Positions 1 to 10,245 of a stretch of DNA of 64,000 bases are shown here, piece by piece. Positions within the stretch are counted from its first letter, which is position 1, and each line of letters begins with the position of its first letter. Origin of the DNA: Methanotrichaceae archaeon. GTDB taxonomy: Archaea > Halobacteriota > Methanosarcinia > Methanotrichales > Methanotrichaceae. A program made the position numbers and the translations under genes. Location of the stretch: the NCBI GenBank assembly GCA_963748825.1, contig CAVVKN010000022.1, positions 146,056-210,055 on the forward strand, in the 5' to 3' direction. The notes beneath the pieces were generated by a model. The model did not search any database. It was not told the origin of the DNA and saw only the letters and a program-made list of their open reading frames with translations.

Positions 1-1257
1 TGCTATATAAAGAACATAATGGATAAGAAAAAGCTCACCGAGGACCAGATCCGCACCATCGTACAGGATATTGTGGACAATAACCTTAGTGATATTGAGC
101 TTTCAGCTTATGTTACTGCTTCTTACATCCATAATATGGACAGTCAGGAGGTTGAGTGGCTCACCCGCGCCATGATTGATACCGGAGAACGAATTCACTT
201 CGACACTCATCCCGTCATGGACAAGCACAGCATTGGAGGCGTTCCCGGCAACAAGGTCTCTTTGCTGGTAGTGCCGATAGTCGCGGCCGCTGGTCTTCTC
301 ATTCCCAAGACCAGTTCACGCGCCATTACCGGCGCCGGTGGTACGGCGGACCTCATGGAAGTTCTGGCGCCGGTAGAGTTTAGTGCCGACGAGATCAAGG
401 AACTGACCGAGAAGGTGGGCGGGGTCATCGTCTGGGGCGGAGCCACCAATATTGCTCCAGCCGACGACAAGCTGATCAAAGCTGAATATGCTCTTTCCAT
501 CGATCCCTACAGCCAAATGCTCGCCTCCATCATGGCTAAGAAGGGAGCTGTAGGCGCAGATGCAGTTGTGGTGGACATGCCTGTAGGTCCAGGCACAAAG
601 CTTGCCACTTCTGAGGCGGGCCGCACTTTAGCCAAGGATCTCATCGACCTGGGAAGACGTCTGGGCATTCGTGTGGAGTGCGCCATGACCTTCGGTGGAT
701 CGCCAGTAGGCCGAACCATAGGCCCAGCCCTGGAGGTACGGGAAGCCCTCACTGTCCTGGAGAATAAAGGCGGACCGAACAGCTTGAAGGAGAAGAGCCT
801 CTCTTTGGCCGGCATCTTGCTGGAGATGGGAGGAATCACCGGGCGAGGAGACGGCTACAAAGCGGCGGAGGAAATTCTCACCAGCGGAAAGGCCCATAAA
901 AAACTCATGGAGATCATCGAGGTTCAGGGCGGCAATCCCCTGGTGAAGAGCGAAGAGATCGTTACCGGTGAGAACTGTGCGGATATTCTTGCTCCGGCGG
1001 GAGGCTACATCGTGGCCTTCTACAATAAACGACTGGTGGAGCTGGCCCGTATGGCAGGGGCACCCGCGGACAAGAAGGCAGGAGTTATAATCCACAGGAA
1101 GATGGGAGAACTGGTAAAGAAGGGTGAGCCTTTGATCACCATCTGCTCCTCTTCGGATTGGCAACTGGATAGTGCAGTAAAGGATGCCAATAGGCAGATG
1201 CCAATCGTAGTCGAGGGAATGCTGCTGGAGAGATACCCCAGGATCACCGAGCTATAG
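1..1257 (+). CDS. AMP phosphorylase (thymidine phosphorylase family), 5' end outside the window
   Basis: Frame is open from base 1; motifs [27 protein letters not shown] and GAPADKKAG are typical of archaeal AMP phosphorylase. Confidence 0.93.
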   Translation, partial: CYIKNIMDKKKLTEDQIRTIVQDIVDNNLSDIELSAYVTASYIHNMDSQEVEWLTRAMIDTGERIHFDTHPVMDKHSIGGVPGNKVSLLVVPIVAAAGLLIPKTSSRAITGAGGTADLMEVLAPVEFSADEIKELTEKVGGVIVWGGATNIAPADDKLIKAEYALSIDPYSQMLASIMAKKGAVGADAVVVDMPVGPGTKLATSEAGRTLAKDLIDLGRRLGIRVECAMTFGGSPVGRTIGPALEVREALTVLENKGGPNSLKEKSLSLAGILLEMGGITGRGDGYKAAEEILTSGKAHKKLMEIIEVQGGNPLVKSEEIVTGENCADILAPAGGYIVAFYNKRLVELARMAGAPADKKAGVIIHRKMGELVKKGEPLITICSSSDWQLDSAVKDANRQMPIVVEGMLLERYPRITEL

Positions 1258-1281
1258 AAATCACGTTAGAGGGCACAAAAA

Positions 1282-2127
1282 ATGTTGGTAGCAATTACTT
1301 ATCACGAGGATTTCGGAAAGCGGGGATTTAGCGTACTGAAAGAGCGAATCCGGCCATCATTCGAGAAGCTGATGGAGTCGGGACTGGTGGATGGCACAGA
1401 TGTGCAGGTCTTCAAGGCAAGGCCCGCTCCTCTGGAGCTGGTGGCGCAGGCTCACACGATAGCTCACATGGCTAATATGGAGAATGATCCATACCGTGAG
1501 GTGGCAATGCTTTCCGCAGGCAGCGTGATGATGGCGGCAGAGATGGTGGCCATGGGCCAAGCCAGGAGGGCCTTCGCATATACCGGCACGGCCGGACACC
1601 ATGCCTCGCGGGGCAGTTGCTGGGGATTCTGCTACTTCAACGATGTGGCTATCACCATACTGCGTCTGCGGCAGATGGGGCTGCAGCGCTTCCTTATAGT
1701 GGATGTAGATCCTCATTTTGGAGACGGTACGCGTGACTTCTTCAAAGACGATGCCGATGTATTTCATATTAACATGCACAGCGGCACTGGTGAAGAGCAT
1801 GATCCAATAAAAAACAACTACGACATCGGCCTCACCTTTGGAGGCAACAATGAACGGTTCCTTGCCGCTCTCCAGAGCGCCCTTGAATTGGCCAGGGATT
1901 TTGACTTTCAGATGGCTTTTGTCATCTTCGGCCATGACTCTCACCAGGACGATTATGGTGGCTTCAATCTCACATTTGAAGCCTATCCCAGGATGACGCA
2001 ATTGATAATGGACGCGGTGGGCGATAGGGGGCTGGTCTTTGTGCTGAGCGGCGGCTCATGTGCGCATGTTGCACAGCGCGTTATCCCCGATGTGATCTCC
2101 GTCTTGGCAGGAAGGTGGCAGGTTTGA
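1282..2127 (+). CDS. Histone deacetylase-family (Zn-dependent amidohydrolase) protein
   Basis: GHHA, GFCYFND, DVDPHFGDGT and GHDSH motifs. Confidence 0.9.
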   Translation: MLVAITYHEDFGKRGFSVLKERIRPSFEKLMESGLVDGTDVQVFKARPAPLELVAQAHTIAHMANMENDPYREVAMLSAGSVMMAAEMVAMGQARRAFAYTGTAGHHASRGSCWGFCYFNDVAITILRLRQMGLQRFLIVDVDPHFGDGTRDFFKDDADVFHINMHSGTGEEHDPIKNNYDIGLTFGGNNERFLAALQSALELARDFDFQMAFVIFGHDSHQDDYGGFNLTFEAYPRMTQLIMDAVGDRGLVFVLSGGSCAHVAQRVIPDVISVLAGRWQV

Positions 2128-2981
2128 GGATGGCTTCTAATTGCTATCCCTGTATCCTGGACCGGGCCAAATTCGAATGCGATCTGGTTTTTTCCAAAGA
2201 GGAGGAGAAGAAGGCGGCTATGGAGGAGCTGCTGGACTACTTAGCCTGCCACAAGGATGGAGTGTCGGCTCTGGTGGGAACGGAGCGGGAGAATATCGTC
2301 AAGAGACGCAGCGGATTATCCGATCCGTACCAAAGCTTCAAAGAGGAGAGCAACCGTGTGGCTGCGGATATTTTGCCCCTGGCCGAAGAGTTCTACGAAA
2401 AAGCTGATGACAAGATTGAGGCATTAGTTCGCATTGCTGCAGTCGCCAATTCCATGGAGTTTGGCGTCAAGGGCCATGACTTCGATAATTCAACCTTTTC
2501 CGGCGTTTTTCTAGATACGCTTCGCGAAAAGCTGCATGGCGATATTGCCGAAGTAAAGAGGCGTCTAGGCAGCTTTAGCAATATCTTCTATCTTACAGAC
2601 AATTGCGGTGAAGCTGTATTTGATCTCTTCGTAATTGGAAAGCTTGAGGAGATGGGAAAGTGTGTGGTAATAGGATCAAAGTCTGAGCCCGTCCTCAATG
2701 ATGTTACCGCGAAAGAGCTTTCGGCCATGACGGAAACAAAGGTTATTCCAACCGGAAATGTAGTGGGAACGGCCCTGGAGCACCTGGAGCCTGAGGCTTG
2801 CTCTCTCTTGTTCGATCCCAGCTGGCTGATATTGTCCAAAGGCATGGGCAATTTTGAGACCATCTCCGAGTTCGAAGAGAAGCTGATTGGCCGGCTTATC
2901 TACATCATGAGGGCTAAGTGCGAGCCTGTGTCCATGGTGATTGGCGTGCCCAAGGGAACTCTGGTAGCAAAATCGATTTAG
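2124..2981 (+). CDS. DUF89/ARMT1-like damage-control phosphatase
   Basis: N-terminal CYPC, DNCGE, KGMGNFETI and KC motifs; TTG start overlaps the upstream TGA (alternative ATG at 2130). Confidence 0.88.
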   Translation: MRMASNCYPCILDRAKFECDLVFSKEEEKKAAMEELLDYLACHKDGVSALVGTERENIVKRRSGLSDPYQSFKEESNRVAADILPLAEEFYEKADDKIEALVRIAAVANSMEFGVKGHDFDNSTFSGVFLDTLREKLHGDIAEVKRRLGSFSNIFYLTDNCGEAVFDLFVIGKLEEMGKCVVIGSKSEPVLNDVTAKELSAMTETKVIPTGNVVGTALEHLEPEACSLLFDPSWLILSKGMGNFETISEFEEKLIGRLIYIMRAKCEPVSMVIGVPKGTLVAKSI

Positions 2982-3046
2982 TGCCTTCGAATAATATTCA
3001 AAATCATGGGATGATGAAGCATATGAATTGGATCATCATCCTTATT

Positions 3047-3709
3047 TTATCTATAATTCATATCCACTTCTTGAGCAGCCACCTCTTCCGGTTCCTCTAT
3101 AAAAGGCTCCATGAGAGTGATGTCAATGTCGAGGTGGAGAAGCTCTTTTATTGCACTCAGCAGGTTAGTTGCCGCCAGGATGTCCACAGGGTCGGCTCCC
3201 GAGCTGGCTCCAAGCAGGCAAAAGCCGCGCAGACCATATAGAGGCGCAAGCCCTGCCAGAAGGCCGTTTAGTCCGCCGATAGCGCCGCTTCGCAGCAAAG
3301 GGATTTTGCACTCACAGAGAGCCGTGGCTGAATCAAGATCTGTAGCAGTGCCCAGTATCGTCTCGTTTGTTTCTCCCACATATGCAGCGAGAGTGATCAC
3401 ATCCGTGACCCCTTGCTCTTTAAGGGCCTGCAGAATGTTTCCCGCCAGTTCATACATGCCTACTACATCCAGGGGCTGAGCATCACCTGAGAGAATGAGC
3501 AGGTCCTTTTTTTCCTTGGGACGCATCAGTCCTGCATGCATCAACTCAGCTAACCCGTCACAGACCGTAACCTGGGGCGGAAAGCTGTGCGAAAAAAAGG
3601 GCATTATGGTACTGCATTCCAGGGCAGTAGCCAGGTAATCGGCAGCCACTTTGCCAACGCTTCCAATTCCCGGAAGACCGCAAATGCAGATGAAACGAGA
3701 CTCAAACAT
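3047..3709 (-). CDS. PAC2-family proteasome assembly chaperone
   Basis: GLPGIGSVGKVAADYL, GDAQP and IGGLNGLL motifs. Confidence 0.88.
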   Translation of the reverse strand: MFESRFICICGLPGIGSVGKVAADYLATALECSTIMPFFSHSFPPQVTVCDGLAELMHAGLMRPKEKKDLLILSGDAQPLDVVGMYELAGNILQALKEQGVTDVITLAAYVGETNETILGTATDLDSATALCECKIPLLRSGAIGGLNGLLAGLAPLYGLRGFCLLGASSGADPVDILAATNLLSAIKELLHLDIDITLMEPFIEEPEEVAAQEVDMNYR

Positions 3710-3807
3710 CGGAATAAAGTTGGCGTGCAGCTATAACATACTTTCGCCAACCTAATTTCCGATATTTGATGCTGTGGCATTATTTATGCTAGCTTGAGGT
3801 ATCTCTC

Positions 3808-4410
3808 TTATTTGCCGGCTGCCTCGATCAGCCAGTTGATCTTGATGGTCTCATTAGTCTCCTGGATGGTGCGATCTGCAGGCAGAATCTGGCCGTTGAA
3901 GAAGATGAATGAGTTGCCTGTTCCATCGCTATTCTCCATGCCGATGGGAGCGGCCCCGCGATCGTAGAAGACCACATAAAAGTCTCCAGTTACCGGTACA
4001 GCCGGTATCTCGATCTCACCGAATAACGGCCCGGTATCAGACAGGAAGTAATTGTTCTGCGCATCAGCAAATTTATATAGAAGATTGAGATCTTTGTCTC
4101 TTATCTCAAGCATTATATTTCTGTCTGCCGGGAATGTTTGTGTGGACTTATTAAATCCGCTCCACGCCAAAACCCGCACCTTTTGCAGCTTCCAGCCTGC
4201 GTTTGGGGCAGTGAACTTTGCTGCCTCTCCGAAATCCAAAGAGCCAAATTCAACCAATGAAGAGAATAATGTAACGTTCATCTCCGAATAATTCTTTCCG
4301 CTATCTCCCCTCAGTGTAGTTAATTGTGATGTTGCGGTCTCCGCGGCGATAGCGTTTATGCATAGTGCTGCGCAACATAGGCAAGCAAGCAATAATATAG
4401 TCTTCTTCAA
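3808..4410 (-). CDS. Secreted hypothetical protein, paralog 1 of 3
   Basis: Signal peptide MKKTILLL; TTG start preceded by GGTGAT; shares EAxKFTAP-GWKL, EIRDKDLNLLY and FYDRG with the two neighbours. Confidence 0.8.
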   Translation of the reverse strand: MKKTILLLACLCCAALCINAIAAETATSQLTTLRGDSGKNYSEMNVTLFSSLVEFGSLDFGEAAKFTAPNAGWKLQKVRVLAWSGFNKSTQTFPADRNIMLEIRDKDLNLLYKFADAQNNYFLSDTGPLFGEIEIPAVPVTGDFYVVFYDRGAAPIGMENSDGTGNSFIFFNGQILPADRTIQETNETIKINWLIEAAGK

Positions 4411-4442
4411 GTGATCACCCAAGGTCTATCAAATGATTTTTA

Positions 4443-4461
4443 TCCATATAAAGATTCTGAT
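4443..4461 (-). promoter_or_regulatory. Conserved promoter block (TATA-like TTTATATG on minus strand)
   Basis: 19-mer TCCATATAAAGATTCTGAT identical to 5297-5315, at the same distance from the start codon. Confidence 0.7.
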
Positions 4462-4634
4462 ATGTACTCGATACGATTTCATGATTTAAATAACAATTAA
4501 GTTATTAAATTTGCAGGATTCCTTTTAAAGATTGAATCGAACGGCAGTGGTAATAAATCCACGTATAGATATCTGAGACAGGTCGACATTGGGCTAAATT
4601 TCCATCCGTGCCGACCACCTCAGATCAAAGAGAT

Positions 4635-5264
4635 TTAATTTCCGCTCACAGTCATTATCCAATTCAAGGGCACCGATTCGTTCTCCTTGAATAATGGCAG
4701 ATTTGCAGGCAATAATGTATTTCCGTCTTCGATGTAGATGAACGAGTTCTCGCCGGTCTCATTGAGGATTTCACTGGCGATGGCAATTGCTCCACGGTCA
4801 TAGAAGCATACATAAAATTCATCGCTGACTGATATTGATGGTAAACGGACGGTAAGTGGATATGTCTCCGTAGCATTGCGGATAAAGTTGGAGTACGGGA
4901 GCTGAGAGTCAGCAAATCTATATAGTAAATTAAGGTCCTTATCCCTCACTTCAAGGGCAATTATCCGTTCTCTTGGAATAGATTCCATGGTGCCATTGAA
5001 GCCATCCCATCCCAATATTTGCACGGTATTCAGCTTCCAGCCAGGCTTTGGTGCCTTGAACTTGACAGCTTCCGCAATAAAATAAGCTGGAAGGCCCATT
5101 ATCGATAGTAAATCTATGGAAACGATTCTCTTCTGAGAGAGATTTCCTTCATATGAATTCATAGCTTGATTATCTGGTGATTTTGCATCCGCGGCAGCAG
5201 ATATGCCTGTCAAAGATAAAGCCAGTAAGCTTAATACAGTTATCAGCAAAACCATTTTCTTCAA
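4635..5264 (-). CDS. Secreted hypothetical protein, paralog 2 of 3
   Basis: Signal peptide plus shared family motifs. Confidence 0.8.
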   Translation of the reverse strand: MKKMVLLITVLSLLALSLTGISAAADAKSPDNQAMNSYEGNLSQKRIVSIDLLSIMGLPAYFIAEAVKFKAPKPGWKLNTVQILGWDGFNGTMESIPRERIIALEVRDKDLNLLYRFADSQLPYSNFIRNATETYPLTVRLPSISVSDEFYVCFYDRGAIAIASEILNETGENSFIYIEDGNTLLPANLPLFKENESVPLNWIMTVSGN

Positions 5265-5296
5265 ACGATCACCTGAGATAGTTCAGATGAATTTTG

Positions 5297-5315
5297 TCCA
5301 TATAAAGATTCTGAT
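5297..5315 (-). promoter_or_regulatory. Conserved promoter block (TATA-like)
   Basis: Identical to 4443-4461. Confidence 0.7.
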
Positions 5316-5373
5316 GGCAGGGAAGAATTTGATAAATTCAGAAAAAGGAAAAATATGAAGAGATGAATCTCTT

Positions 5374-5985
5374 CTACTCGCCGACTGCTCTGATGACCCA
5401 GTTAACTTTGGCCGTCGCGTTATTTTCAATTTTAAAATCAGCAGGAATCAGCTGACTATTCAGGTCATTGTATTGATAGGAATTTCCTGTTCCATTTTCC
5501 AATTCTACCCCGATCCTCATGGTGCTTCGATCATAGAAGATGATGTAGAAATCGCCTGTTAATGAAAGAGCCGGAATATCTATGGTTCTGAGAATGGGCA
5601 TTGGGTTTGTAAAATAGGCGTTTTGTGTATCTGCAAGTCGGTAAAGAAGGTTCAGATCGTTATCTCTTATCTCAATGAGAAAATTACCCGAGGCAGGAAC
5701 CGTCCTGGTGGTTTCATTGAAACCGTTCCAGCCCAACACCTGTATCTGCTTCAATTTCCATCCAGACTTTGGTGCCGTGAATTTGACTGCTTCGCCTATG
5801 CTAAATGCATAAACGCCCCAGTCCTGGGCGGCAGAATACAAGCTTATATTCGTGTTGTTTGATGCAGTATCCTGCTGGAGGACCATCATACCTGGGTTGG
5901 CACTAGTTGCACCATTTTGAGCTACTGCCATGCCTATTAGAGCTAAGAAACAGAAGGCTGAAATCAATAAAATCATCTTTTTCAT
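5374..5985 (-). CDS. Secreted hypothetical protein, paralog 3 of 3
   Basis: Signal peptide plus shared family motifs; GGTGAT RBS. Confidence 0.8.
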   Translation of the reverse strand: MKKMILLISAFCFLALIGMAVAQNGATSANPGMMVLQQDTASNNTNISLYSAAQDWGVYAFSIGEAVKFTAPKSGWKLKQIQVLGWNGFNETTRTVPASGNFLIEIRDNDLNLLYRLADTQNAYFTNPMPILRTIDIPALSLTGDFYIIFYDRSTMRIGVELENGTGNSYQYNDLNSQLIPADFKIENNATAKVNWVIRAVGE

Positions 5986-6068
5986 GCTATCACCCGTGTA
6001 AGGGAATTAATTTGATCTTTATATAGATGATGCTAGATTGCATAGGCTGAGATCGACGCAAGAAATAA

Positions 6069-7034
6069 TTATAAAAATTTAAAGCACGTGCAGTCAAATA
6101 CACCCTGCACGCTTCTTCCCGTCTTATCTCCAGCATTCATATCTGAAAAGCCGCCGTTGCAGCAGGGCAGCCATGCATCTTCCTTCTCTTCTTCGTCCTC
6201 GTAGCTGTACATAGTTAGATTCTGTTTTATGTGATACGTTCCAAAGTAGTCTTCATCCAGCACAAAGATGGGATTATGCCACGATTTCATAGCCGGGCCA
6301 AGGACGGAAGCTTCCTCAGGCTCTTCTGCTCCCAAGTGTTCATCTTCTGATCCACCATCTGATTCCTCGCCTGATTCCTCATCTCGCGGAATTCCGACCG
6401 TCTGCAAGGCTGCAAAATGGGCTTTGCCTTGAGTCATGTCTTCATCCAATTTCATAGTGGTATTGAAGCCATCTGACGACGCATCTAGAATTAAATTCAG
6501 GCCCTTTGCACCCTCAATCCTGTTATTAATAAAATTCAGGCCATTGCGGTTCTTTATCCAGGTATTCTCAAAAAGCCGGGAATTGAAAACAATGGCATGG
6601 GTGGCATAGTATCGCGATCCTATGGGCAATTCCAAAGAGCCATAGGTCATTTTATGATCTTCATCTATCTCGATTATGCTGGTCGTCTCTTCATCATCTT
6701 CTATTATCTCTCCATCTTTATCATAGGCGCCATTGACCCAGGTCCTGTTATTGTATGAACTCTCGGCATACATCAGGGAATTTGCATCAATCTCGCCGCT
6801 TCCGTGAGCATTATTTTTTGCCTCGACGCCGTTGTAGAGCAGCCCCTCCTCTCCAATTGCATCCGGCATAGATGAATGCCTGTAGGTAGCAAAGAAGCCT
6901 GTTCCGCTCACGCGTTGCTGCATGTCGAATGTAAGATTTTTCTCTTCGATGGTGCTTGGATCTTCGTATGGTACCTTGTCGCTTTCGCTGCCCGCAGAGC
7001 TCATTCCTACAAGAATAAAAAGCATCAACAACAC
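6069..7034 (-). CDS. Secreted acidic hypothetical protein with Cys-rich C-terminus
   Basis: Hydrophobic N-terminus, acidic tracts, C-terminal WLPCC...FDCTC. Confidence 0.75.
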   Translation of the reverse strand: MLLMLFILVGMSSAGSESDKVPYEDPSTIEEKNLTFDMQQRVSGTGFFATYRHSSMPDAIGEEGLLYNGVEAKNNAHGSGEIDANSLMYAESSYNNRTWVNGAYDKDGEIIEDDEETTSIIEIDEDHKMTYGSLELPIGSRYYATHAIVFNSRLFENTWIKNRNGLNFINNRIEGAKGLNLILDASSDGFNTTMKLDEDMTQGKAHFAALQTVGIPRDEESGEESDGGSEDEHLGAEEPEEASVLGPAMKSWHNPIFVLDEDYFGTYHIKQNLTMYSYEDEEEKEDAWLPCCNGGFSDMNAGDKTGRSVQGVFDCTCFKFL

Positions 7035-7091
7035 AATCCCCCTTCTCAGATTAACCCCTCCCCTTTAGAACAAACTTCTTTATTTAGTATG

Positions 7092-7145
7092 TAATGTAAT
7101 ATTATTTTAAGATATCTGAGCATATCTTAAATAAGGATGACATTA
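7092..7145. promoter_or_regulatory. Palindromic operator candidate between divergent genes
   Basis: Perfect 10-bp inverted repeat TTTAAGATAT-N6-ATATCTTAAA (7106-7131) with an outer imperfect repeat TAATGTAAT/ATGACATTA. Confidence 0.45.
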
Positions 7146-7403
7146 ACAAATAATTTTTGTAATCTAATATTAACAAAGTGAACAGAAATTTAATTTATTA
7201 TAAATTATAATTCGTTTTCATTTACAAAACCAGGGAGAAATGCACATCCCCTTCAAACGATGAATTATTATGCATCCAATAAGATCTTAATTATATTCAT
7301 TCTTAACACGTCTATTACATAAAAATGATACATTCTTCATACTTGGTATGTATGTCCGACATCCTTTTATAATTAACGGATATTTCTATGATTTGGTGAG
7401 ATA

Positions 7404-8123
7404 ATGCATATTCCTGATGGCTACCTGGGGCCATATACCTATATCGCAATGTGGATCATCATGATCCCCATCTGGTATTATGCGGGAAAAAGACTCGGCA
7501 GAGAGCTGAGGTCAAAGCAAGTTCCCCTGCTGGCTATGTCGGCCGCCTTTTCCTTTGTAATTATGATGTTCAACATCCCTATCCCTGGGGGCAGCACCGG
7601 CCACGCTGTGGGCGGAGCGATAATCGGTATCGTCCTGGGGCCCTGGGCAGGAGTAATTGCCATATCCGTTGCCCTTGTCCTCCAGGCGCTCATGTTCGGA
7701 GACGGAGGGATTACAGCTATTGCAGCCAACTGCTTTAATATGGCTGTAATAATGCCTTTCAGCGCCTACTATGTCTACAAATATATCAGCGGCAATACAG
7801 GGTTCACCTCTTCTCGACGGGTCATCGGCGCAGCCATAGCCGGTTATATCTCTCTTATCCTTGCAGCAGGTTTCACCGGTCTCATGTTCGGTATTCAACC
7901 CTTGCTGCACCAAAGTGCCGAAGGAGTGCCGTTATACATGCCCTATGGCCTGAATGTGGCACTTCCGGCCATGCTCCTGGAACATGTCCTGGGATTCGGC
8001 ATCCTTGAGGCTGTGATCACAGCTTTAATCTTCGTCTATATCCAGAAAACCGATACTTCTCTGCTTTACGGAGCGAAAACCAGACTGCAGGATAGCAGGA
8101 GCAAGAAAGCTGCCGCTCCCTGA
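7404..8123 (+). CDS. cbiM: ECF-type Ni/Co transporter substrate-binding component CbiM/NikM
   Basis: N-terminal MHIPDG metal-binding motif, GHAVGG, FGDGGITA. Confidence 0.93.
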   Translation: MHIPDGYLGPYTYIAMWIIMIPIWYYAGKRLGRELRSKQVPLLAMSAAFSFVIMMFNIPIPGGSTGHAVGGAIIGIVLGPWAGVIAISVALVLQALMFGDGGITAIAANCFNMAVIMPFSAYYVYKYISGNTGFTSSRRVIGAAIAGYISLILAAGFTGLMFGIQPLLHQSAEGVPLYMPYGLNVALPAMLLEHVLGFGILEAVITALIFVYIQKTDTSLLYGAKTRLQDSRSKKAAAP

Positions 8124-8132
8124 GGAAAGACT

Positions 8133-8447
8133 ATGGATAAGACTACAAAAAAATTAGCCATCGGCCTGATGTTGTTGATAATTCTAACCCCACTCGGCCT
8201 TTTAGCCGTAGGCGAGACATTCGGTGAGTGGGGGCCGGAGGAGGTCAAGGAGAAGCTGGGATTTGTGCCTCCCGGCCTGGAAAGGCTCTCCGGTCTTTGG
8301 AGTGCCCCGTTGCCTGGTTATGCCTTTTCCGGAGGCGACGAGTCCATGACCGTAGCCGCAGCAGTGTACATTCTATCGGCAGTTATCGGTGTAGTCGTAT
8401 GCGGTGGCCTGCTTTACTTCATAGGAAAGAAGGTCGCCAAAGACTAA
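8133..8447 (+). CDS. NikN-like (PDGLE domain) small membrane component
   Basis: Two TM helices flanking GEWG...WSAPLPGY; position in the operon. Confidence 0.8.
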   Translation: MDKTTKKLAIGLMLLIILTPLGLLAVGETFGEWGPEEVKEKLGFVPPGLERLSGLWSAPLPGYAFSGGDESMTVAAAVYILSAVIGVVVCGGLLYFIGKKVAKD

Positions 8448-8455
8448 GGAGAACG

Positions 8456-9394
8456 ATGATACCGGACTGGATGAAAGAAGTGGATGCGGATCAATGCAAA
8501 TGCTCTGCGGTACATCATGGCAAAAAGGGATTTGTAGGAAAGACCATTGATGGAATTTTCGGCTTTCTGGAGGAGGCTTTTATTTCAGAGAGCTTCTCTA
8601 AGCGCCGCGGCCTTCTGCAGAGCCTGGACCCAAGAGTTAAGCTGGTTTCCATCCTGGCCGTTATATTCGCCACCAGCCTGATTGGCGACCTGAGGGTGCT
8701 GATCTTCATCTATGCATTGACCCTGTTGTTTTCCTATCTCAGCAAGATTGAAGTGGGATTTTTCATCAAGCGTGTCTGGCTCTTCATACCCATCTTTGCC
8801 GGCATTATCGCCGTGCCCATGATATTCAATGTCTTTTTACCCGGCGATCCTCTCTACCAGGTGGCGTACCTTGGCCCAGGGGCACACCTGGGGCCTTTTT
8901 CCCTGCCGGAGAGCATCTTCATCACCAAACAGGGCGCGAATGCCGCGGTGATCTTCACTATGCGCGTGGCAACCTGCGTCTCTGCCGTGGTGCTGCTATT
9001 TCTCACCACACCGCAGCTTATCCTCTTCAAGTCCCTTCGCACGGTGGGCGTTCCCAAGCTCTATGTCCTCACGCTGCAGATGGCCTATCGATACATCTTC
9101 CTGCTCATGGACCTGATACGAGAGATGTATGTTGCCAAGAAAGCCCGGACCATCAAAGCCAGAGGAATGGTTGATGAGCAGAAGTGGGTAGGAGGACGCA
9201 TAGGATATACACTCATAAGGTCTCTCTCCATGAGCGAAAAGGTACATATGGCCATGATGTCCAGGGGCTTTAACGGCGAAGTTCATATCATGCAGGAATT
9301 CAAAATGGCAAATCGCGACTATCTGGCAGGAATAGTGGCTATATCCTTGAGTGTGGTGCTGGTGTTGATCTCCCAAAATGTGATCCGGGTATAA
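8456..9394 (+). CDS. cbiQ: ECF transporter T component CbiQ/NikQ
   Basis: LQSLDPRVKL, YRYIFLL, AMMSRGF; ATG at 8456 follows AGGAG. Confidence 0.92.
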   Translation: MIPDWMKEVDADQCKCSAVHHGKKGFVGKTIDGIFGFLEEAFISESFSKRRGLLQSLDPRVKLVSILAVIFATSLIGDLRVLIFIYALTLLFSYLSKIEVGFFIKRVWLFIPIFAGIIAVPMIFNVFLPGDPLYQVAYLGPGAHLGPFSLPESIFITKQGANAAVIFTMRVATCVSAVVLLFLTTPQLILFKSLRTVGVPKLYVLTLQMAYRYIFLLMDLIREMYVAKKARTIKARGMVDEQKWVGGRIGYTLIRSLSMSEKVHMAMMSRGFNGEVHIMQEFKMANRDYLAGIVAISLSVVLVLISQNVIRV

Positions 9395-9396
9395 AA

Positions 9397-10239
9397 ATGG
9401 AATCTACAATGCAAGCTATATTTGATTTGAGGAATGTCTCTTACTCCTACGTGGGAAAGATCGATGCACTAAAGGATGTAACCCTGAAGATAAATCGGGG
9501 TGAGCAGGTCACCATTATCGGATCCAATGGCTGCGGCAAATCGACATTATTGGCCATTTTGGATGGACTTGTTTATCCCACCTCAGGCGAATTCTATGCC
9601 TTTGATAATCTGATAAGCGAAGAGGTCTTTGATGCCATTAAAGACAACGAATTCCGGTCTTATTTCCGGACGAAGGTGGGATTCGTCTTTCAAAACTCGG
9701 ATGTTCAGCTCTTCTCTTCTACGGTCTATGAGGAGATTGCCTTCGGACCACTGCAGCTTAGCCTGCCGCTTGAGGAGGTCAAAGCCAGGGTGGAGGATGT
9801 CATGGAGATGATGCAGATCGGCAAGCTGCGCGATCGCTCGCCTCATACTCTCTCCGGGGGAGAAAAGAAGAAGGTGTGCATAGCAACAGTCCTGGTCAAC
9901 AACCCCGATGTGCTCTTGCTGGATGAGCCCTCCGCTGGCCTGGATCCCAGAACTCAGCTCTGGCTGGTCGAGCTTCTCCAGGAATTAGGCCATGCGGGCA
10001 AGACGGTGATAACGGCGACCCATGACCTGGAGATCATCGATCAGATCAGCAAGAGAGCCATCGTCATGGGCGAGGACCACAGCGTTAAGATGGACAGGGA
10101 TTCCGAGAGTGTGCTGAGCGACTACGAACTGCTGCTATCTTCCAATCTGGTGCACGAGCATACCCATCTGCACGGCAAGCTGGTACATGAGCATCTGCAT
10201 GTGCATGGAGTTGAGCACAAGCATCATGACAAAGAGTAA
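9397..10239 (+). CDS. cbiO: ECF transporter ATPase CbiO/NikO with His-rich tail
   Basis: Walker A GSNGCGKS, LSGGEKK, LLLDEP; C-terminal HEHTHLH...HKHH. Confidence 0.93.
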   Translation: MESTMQAIFDLRNVSYSYVGKIDALKDVTLKINRGEQVTIIGSNGCGKSTLLAILDGLVYPTSGEFYAFDNLISEEVFDAIKDNEFRSYFRTKVGFVFQNSDVQLFSSTVYEEIAFGPLQLSLPLEEVKARVEDVMEMMQIGKLRDRSPHTLSGGEKKKVCIATVLVNNPDVLLLDEPSAGLDPRTQLWLVELLQELGHAGKTVITATHDLEIIDQISKRAIVMGEDHSVKMDRDSESVLSDYELLLSSNLVHEHTHLHGKLVHEHLHVHGVEHKHHDKE

Positions 10240-10245
10240 GGCTAT

